Source: an uncultured delta proteobacterium
GTDB taxonomy: Bacteria; Myxococcota; B64-G9
Reading direction: 5' to 3'
DNA: 64,000 nt
Assembly (NCBI GenBank): GCA_963754925.1
Contig: CAVWHX010000004.1
Coordinates: 480,001 to 544,000 of the forward strand
The position numbers and the translations under genes were made by a program. The notes under the pieces are model-generated. The model did not search any database, had not been told where the DNA came from, and saw only the letters and a list, made by a program, of their open reading frames with translations. Below, one piece after another: positions 58,663-64,000 of this stretch. The stretch's first letter is position 1, and the number at the start of each line of letters is the position of its first letter.

Positions 58663-59831
58663 GGTGCAGCGGCCTCCTTACTGGCAACGACCTGATCGCC
58701 GTCCTTGAGCAGGGCGCGGCCCTCGGTGACGACTTGAACTCCGGGCTTCAAGGTAGGATCGACAAAAAGATTTCCGGCGGCCTCGCCCAGGACATCAACC
58801 TGCATCTTATGCGCGACGTTGCCTTCCACGACAAACAGCGAAGCTCTGGCATTGCGAACCGACGCCGCTGCCAGCGGAACCTCAGTCGCAGGGACCGGCT
58901 CGCCGACCTCGATGATTAGCTCAGCCGTCGAGCGAACCGGAATCTTCCGTTCGGGATCGGCAAGGTCAATTTCGAGGTGAATCGTGCGCGTAGACGGGTC
59001 TGCCGCGGGCGAGCGCCGCGAGACTTTTCCCGTAAGATGGGCGCCGGTCGCAAGCAGGCGGATGCTTGCAGACGTGCCGGGGGCCACGGCGGCGAAATCT
59101 CCCTCTGGCACATCGGCGATGACACGCACGGTGCTGCGATCGACCACGGTCACAACGATCCCGCCGGGTCGAGCGAACGAGCCCGGGTCCATCAGGCGAT
59201 CGGCAATTTCGCCGTCAAAAGGAGACCGCAAGATACAGTCGTTGACCTCCAGAGAAGCCGTCAAGAGCCTGGCTTGCGCGCCGAGGAGCTCGGCCTGCTT
59301 ACTGGTGCTCTCCGCCGTCTTCTGTTCCGCCTCGTCAGGAGACACGAAGCCCCCGCCGACGAGGCCGCCTACTCGAGCGGCCTCGTGACCGATAGCCTCT
59401 TTTTGCGCTTCGAGCGCGCGCGCCTGCATCGCCACTGAGTTGGCCTGGGCCGAGGCGCTGCGGCAGTCAAGCGTGGCCACGACCTGGCCCCTTTTTACGA
59501 ATTCACCCGGACGAACGAGCACGGTGTCGACATAAGCGGAGGTAAATTGCGGCCCCAGTCTGGCTTCAACCCACGGCTCGATGGCGCCGATGTATCTGAC
59601 GGTCGGCCGGTAGGTCGCGGCGACCGCGTCAATGACGGTGACGCCTTTGGGCTGGTCGGCAAGGGCGACTTTGTTGGTGCGCAGGCCGGCCAGGACGAAC
59701 ATGAGCCCGCCGGCAACGAGGATTGCGACAACCGTGCCAGCAATTGCCATCGGAATGATCCGACTCTTACGAGAAGCCGCTGGCGGGTGCGAGTGCCCGC
59801 TCGCGTCACTCAAGTGTGGGTTTTCGCTCAT
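58659..59831 (-). CDS. RND periplasmic adaptor (MFP)
   Basis: TM anchor, VRPGEFVKRGQ, RSPFDG, ADPSTRT. Confidence 0.92.
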   Translation of the reverse strand: MSENPHLSDASGHSHPPAASRKSRIIPMAIAGTVVAILVAGGLMFVLAGLRTNKVALADQPKGVTVIDAVAATYRPTVRYIGAIEPWVEARLGPQFTSAYVDTVLVRPGEFVKRGQVVATLDCRSASAQANSVAMQARALEAQKEAIGHEAARVGGLVGGGFVSPDEAEQKTAESTSKQAELLGAQARLLTASLEVNDCILRSPFDGEIADRLMDPGSFARPGGIVVTVVDRSTVRVIADVPEGDFAAVAPGTSASIRLLATGAHLTGKVSRRSPAADPSTRTIHLEIDLADPERKIPVRSTAELIIEVGEPVPATEVPLAAASVRNARASLFVVEGNVAHKMQVDVLGEAAGNLFVDPTLKPGVQVVTEGRALLKDGDQVVASKEAAAP

Positions 59832-59836
59832 GGTAC

Positions 59837-61237
59837 TTAAGGCTCCTCCGCAACCAGGCGGGCGAGCGCCGCGCGCGCGCGTGCCAAGGTAAAGCGCCCC
59901 AGCGCTAGTTGGATCTCGGCGTCGATACGCACCGCCTCGGCGTCTGTCAGCTCGACGATGGTCCCGAGGCCCCCTTTAAATCGCGCGTCGGCCTGTTCGT
60001 AGTTGCTCTGCGCCGCCGCGACGGCCTTGGCGAGCGCCGGCAGGGCCGATTGGGCCACGGTGACCGCTACGTATGCCTGCTGCACTGCCGATATCTGCCG
60101 CTGACGAATGGCGTCAACGTCGGCCCTCGCAACCGCTTCCTGCGCATGAGACGAATCCCTGCGAGCGAGAACGACGGCGTCATAGAGCGGCCAGCGGAGC
60201 ACGAGCCCCACATCCCAATTTGGCACGTCGGGCACCCATCCCGCATGCGCCCCGGGACTGCCGCTTGACGGGTCGGCGCCGCCCTCGCGCTCCGAGAAGG
60301 AGGCGGTTAAGGCCAGGTTGGGAAGCCAAAGGGCCGCAATGGAGCGCGTCAATGCTTGTTGAGCATCAAGCCGGGCTACCGCCTGGAGCAGCTCCGGATT
60401 CACTTCAATGGTGCGCGCGATAACCGACGTGATGCTGGGAAGCTCGCTCTCGGGCGGCGCCTCACCCGAGGCGTCAAGTTGCAGGTCCGGCACGCCGACT
60501 GCCGCGGCGAATGCGCTTTGCGCGGCATCCAGACCGCCCTGAGCGCGAATCCGTGCGACGTCGAATTGAGCTACCTCGGCATCGGATCGGGTCAAGTCAA
60601 TCGTCGGCTGCAATCCGGCCGCGACTTTCGCCTTTGCCATATCACGATGCGTTTGCGCCCGCGCGAAGGCCTGTTGCGACGCCAGCACGATATTTCGCGC
60701 CGCTTGAACAGCGAAGAAAGCTTCCTCGACGCTAAAAGCGATGGCCAGCCGCTCGGCTTTGGCGCCAAGGCTCTGGACGTTCACCAGCGCATCCAATGCG
60801 GCCGATTGTGCGGCTATACGACCAAAATCAAAAACTTCTTGTTGCAATCCGATACCGGCCAACGTAGATGCATGAGGCGTGAAACTGCCGGTTGCAGTCA
60901 CTGCGGTACCACCTATTCGTGGAATATCCAGGCCCGGGATCGAGACGTATGACGTAGTAGTATTATTTGTCGTGCCTTCAATGAGCTGCACTCCGAGTGT
61001 GGCAAGGGGCAGCCATTGCGCTCGCGCGACCTGCACGTCAGCCTGCACCGCCAGCACTCGCATGCGTGCCGCAAGGATCGCGGGTTGGTGGGCCTTTGCG
61101 TAGGCCAGTGCCTCAGCGAGCGTCATCGTGCGTATTGGCGCCGCCGACTGCGTATCGGTGTCTTGGCCGTAAACCGGTCGGCAGAAAAGCGCAAACAAAG
61201 CAAAGGCCAAAATCTGGTTTCGGAAGTTTATTAACAT
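59837..61237 (-). CDS. TolC family outer-membrane efflux protein
   Basis: Signal peptide, TLAEALAYA, FDFGR, ARFKGGLGTIVEL. Confidence 0.92.
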   Translation of the reverse strand: MLINFRNQILAFALFALFCRPVYGQDTDTQSAAPIRTMTLAEALAYAKAHQPAILAARMRVLAVQADVQVARAQWLPLATLGVQLIEGTTNNTTTSYVSIPGLDIPRIGGTAVTATGSFTPHASTLAGIGLQQEVFDFGRIAAQSAALDALVNVQSLGAKAERLAIAFSVEEAFFAVQAARNIVLASQQAFARAQTHRDMAKAKVAAGLQPTIDLTRSDAEVAQFDVARIRAQGGLDAAQSAFAAAVGVPDLQLDASGEAPPESELPSITSVIARTIEVNPELLQAVARLDAQQALTRSIAALWLPNLALTASFSEREGGADPSSGSPGAHAGWVPDVPNWDVGLVLRWPLYDAVVLARRDSSHAQEAVARADVDAIRQRQISAVQQAYVAVTVAQSALPALAKAVAAAQSNYEQADARFKGGLGTIVELTDAEAVRIDAEIQLALGRFTLARARAALARLVAEEP

Positions 61238-61362
61238 AATGGCGTATGAACCATATATGGTTCAGTGATGGCAACAAATTAATGACGGGTTTTATTCCGT
61301 CAAGAGGCCTTAGGGTTTCTTACGATATTAACGGGGTTTTTGAGGAATGTTTTAACTTTTTA

Positions 61363-62883
61363 TTACTGCCAATAATAGCGCAGGCTTACCAACACAATGT
61401 TGTTGGATGCATAGGGGGCTCCGGCGGTGCCGGTAAAGTACGAGTTATCTGTCCAAGAGTACTGCAAGCCGGTCTGCATGACGCCGATGCTGCCCTGGTA
61501 GAATTTCCACCATCCGCCGGCCGTAACCTGGGAGATACTGTTGACCTGGCCCTGATTGGTGGAGACCGCCGCGCCGATTTTGGTATCATAGAGGCTGCTG
61601 CCGTAGCCATACCCTTTGCCGCCCTGATTCCAGGAAGTCCTCTCCACCTGCTCCCGGCCATAATATACGTAGAAGTTCCAATCGCTCGTCGGGTTGAACT
61701 TCAGGCCGGCAAGAAGCTGCAATTCTTTAATCGGCACGAGTTTGCCTTCCGGGTCCACGGTGACATCGGGCAATTGGCCGGATCCGTATCGGCCGATCCC
61801 TTTACCGTAGGTGGCGCTGCCCTGAAGACTAAGCATTTTCGTTATCAGCGGCAGAATGAAACCGACGCCCACGTCATCGACGGTGGTATTTATTTTCGTC
61901 ACTTTTCCGCTGCCTGCGATGTTCGACGGGAAGACTCGAACCATATCAAATACCTCATAGTGTCCCCAGCCGGGCTCAAAGGCTGCCTTTACGACAATAT
62001 CCGGAAAAGGGCTCGACGACAGGTTTGCGGCGTAATTCGAGCCAAACGTCTGGTTGATTGCCACTTCGGTCGTGGGCAAATTCGGCCCCCCGTTATAAGT
62101 AGTCTGGGGGTTTTCGACCGAAAGAGCCAGCCAAACTTTTTTGTTCCAGTCCCAAGCAACGCGCACTTGGGGCTGACGGGCCCAGGTGAAGCCGGGAACG
62201 TACTGGGCGTCTATCGTTGCCGGGCTGACTTCGTTGCGCGGGGTAATGCCCTTGTCGTTTAACGTTACCAGCGACCAGGTCTGGCCGGCAAGTATATGCA
62301 GGCCGAGCGCATCCCAATCGACGGCCGCGTAGAGATGCCGGATCCGAGGGTTAAAGGAGTTGCTTTCATTAGAGTTGGCGGTGGGGGCCGCACCGAGAAA
62401 GTCCATCTCGTAATAGCCGGCAAGATGGGTTTGGGGACTGTAATCGCCCTGCACGAGCAGGGATAGCCTGGTCTGACGCGCGCTGAATCTTGTCTCATGC
62501 TGGTAGAAGCCGGCCGAATTGGACAGCGGCAGCTTTTGAAACGGCGTCGCTACATCCGAATTCATATTCTTGTCGCGGTAAATGCCCGCCGCTTCGATGA
62601 AGCCCCCTAGATTGAGCGTGATCCCCTTATACTTAAAGGTGAGGCCGCCTGCGTTATTCGCCGACTGCTCGGCTGCCGACTGATTGGCTACCGGCTCCGG
62701 CTGATAGGTCGCCGGCTGCGGGGTATCCTTGGCGGTATCCGCAGGTGATGAGTGTTCCTGTTCGACAGCGGGGGTGGTTGGTGTGATTTCCGTATCGGCT
62801 GCAGAGAGTACCTTGGGAATCATCACAAAACTAAGCAGGATTAACAGCTTGTAACTAAGAGCAATTCTTTTTGAAATTCGCAT
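61363..62883 (-). CDS. Outer-membrane porin (DcaP-like)
   Basis: Signal peptide, low-complexity linker, FSARQTRL, EMDFLG, RIRHLY, GQTWSL, terminal SLRYYWQ; GGAGG RBS. Confidence 0.7.
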   Translation of the reverse strand: MRISKRIALSYKLLILLSFVMIPKVLSAADTEITPTTPAVEQEHSSPADTAKDTPQPATYQPEPVANQSAAEQSANNAGGLTFKYKGITLNLGGFIEAAGIYRDKNMNSDVATPFQKLPLSNSAGFYQHETRFSARQTRLSLLVQGDYSPQTHLAGYYEMDFLGAAPTANSNESNSFNPRIRHLYAAVDWDALGLHILAGQTWSLVTLNDKGITPRNEVSPATIDAQYVPGFTWARQPQVRVAWDWNKKVWLALSVENPQTTYNGGPNLPTTEVAINQTFGSNYAANLSSSPFPDIVVKAAFEPGWGHYEVFDMVRVFPSNIAGSGKVTKINTTVDDVGVGFILPLITKMLSLQGSATYGKGIGRYGSGQLPDVTVDPEGKLVPIKELQLLAGLKFNPTSDWNFYVYYGREQVERTSWNQGGKGYGYGSSLYDTKIGAAVSTNQGQVNSISQVTAGGWWKFYQGSIGVMQTGLQYSWTDNSYFTGTAGAPYASNNIVLVSLRYYWQ

Positions 62884-63081
62884 TCGGTAACCTCCAGTAT
62901 GGGTAGTAAAAAAAATTTTATTGGGCATAAACATGGATTACCTCTGTGACGAATTAGTGACGATAAGGTGAAAAAGTCGTGAAATCGACATATGGCAGCA
63001 GATAGCGAGTTCCAGTAATTAATGCTTTTTGTAGGACGAAAGGATGACAATGAAGCAGTACTAGTGTAAAATTATCGTGAT

Positions 63082-64000
63082 TTGAAAACTTTCGAAGCCA
63101 ACCTGCGCGAATCCCTAGGAATCCCCAAAGATGCAATCCGGGTCATCGTTTTCGGCGAGACCAGCCACTGGGATGTGAACTGGCTGCATACGTCGGCTGA
63201 ATACTACCGGATGCGCATCGAGAGCGTCATCGAGCGAGCCATCGCTGAGCTAGAGGCCGAACCAAGAAGGGTTTTTGGGATCGAGAGCCTGTTCTTCCTC
63301 GATGTGTACTGGCAAAATCGGCCGGAGCGACGCGAGGTCGTCCGTAACCTTATCAACGCCGGCCGACTGCGGCTTTTAGGTTGCGGCTTGACGTCCCCTG
63401 ACGCCACCCTGCCCGCAACCGAGGCGATCCTGCGCGACTACCTGCTCGGCCAGCAGTGGTTGCGAACGCACGGAATGACGATCGAACCGCGACTTGCGTA
63501 CCTACCCGACGACTTCGGCCTATCACCTGAATTGCCGGCGCTTTTGCGCGCGCTCGGATTCGATCAGGCCGGCATCACTCGCATCGACGGCATGCATTTC
63601 CTGGCCACCGATTATCGCCCGCGTTCGGCCTTCCCCCTTCCCGGATCGAGCGCCGAGCTGCTCCAACGCACCCATCGCAGCCTGGATTTTGTCTGGCAGG
63701 CGGGCGACGGGTCCGAGGTGCTGACCCACTGGAACGCCTTCACCTACTTTCAGGGCGATATGGTGGCCCACAAAGGCATCATCCGCTGGATGGGATGGAC
63801 CATGGGCGTTCCCTGGCGCAGCGAAGGCCACGTGGCCCGGCGGATCGACGGATACATCAAAAAGCTCGAACCGCTTTCACCGACCGGGTACCTGTTCTGT
63901 CCGATAGGCTGCGATTTCAACGATCCCATCCCCGACTTGGTCGCGTTGCTCGATCGGTACAACCGCGAGCGTTTCGGCCGTACGGGCACCTGGGCGATAA
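63082..64000 (+). CDS. Glycoside hydrolase family 38 (alpha-mannosidase-like), partial, runs off the window
   Basis: Open frame from TTG 63082: SHWDVNWL, SPDATLP..EAILR, YLPDDFG; missing from ORF track because it has no stop. Confidence 0.78.
   Translation, partial: MKTFEANLRESLGIPKDAIRVIVFGETSHWDVNWLHTSAEYYRMRIESVIERAIAELEAEPRRVFGIESLFFLDVYWQNRPERREVVRNLINAGRLRLLGCGLTSPDATLPATEAILRDYLLGQQWLRTHGMTIEPRLAYLPDDFGLSPELPALLRALGFDQAGITRIDGMHFLATDYRPRSAFPLPGSSAELLQRTHRSLDFVWQAGDGSEVLTHWNAFTYFQGDMVAHKGIIRWMGWTMGVPWRSEGHVARRIDGYIKKLEPLSPTGYLFCPIGCDFNDPIPDLVALLDRYNRERFGRTGTWAI

Overview
Bacterial chromosomal window, probably a deltaproteobacterial/Myxococcota-like organism (inferred from sigma54 activators, Hanks kinases, multiheme cytochromes and the rsmD-coaD-aminotransferase block). 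It has a GC-rich housekeeping core (hisI-hisG, pilT-like, clpX, rsmD-coaD-aminotransferase, purC, comEC) and two accessory blocks. Block 1 is a ~9.8 kb insert bounded by a 44-bp duplication of the pirin 3' end. It carries an AT-rich TetR/ferredoxin/flavin-oxidoreductase unit and a NifA-like activator / sigma54 APC permease / PP2C / PII / Ser-Thr kinase module. That PII has Leu at Tyr51 and Thr at position 49, making it the best candidate for an undescribed phosphorylation-controlled PII nitrogen system. Block 2 follows comEC: a DUF134-NifB/X-ferredoxin unit, an ArsR-led octaheme + heptaheme cytochrome / cyt b / YeeE-YedE / rhodanese sulfur operon, a type IIIA H+-ATPase, an RND pump, a porin and a partial GH38. 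A 53-bp covarying hairpin repeat occurs five times. Six genes, plus a possible seventh, carry single-base frameshifts that look like sequencing indels. I found no rRNA, tRNA, CRISPR, integrase or transposase.
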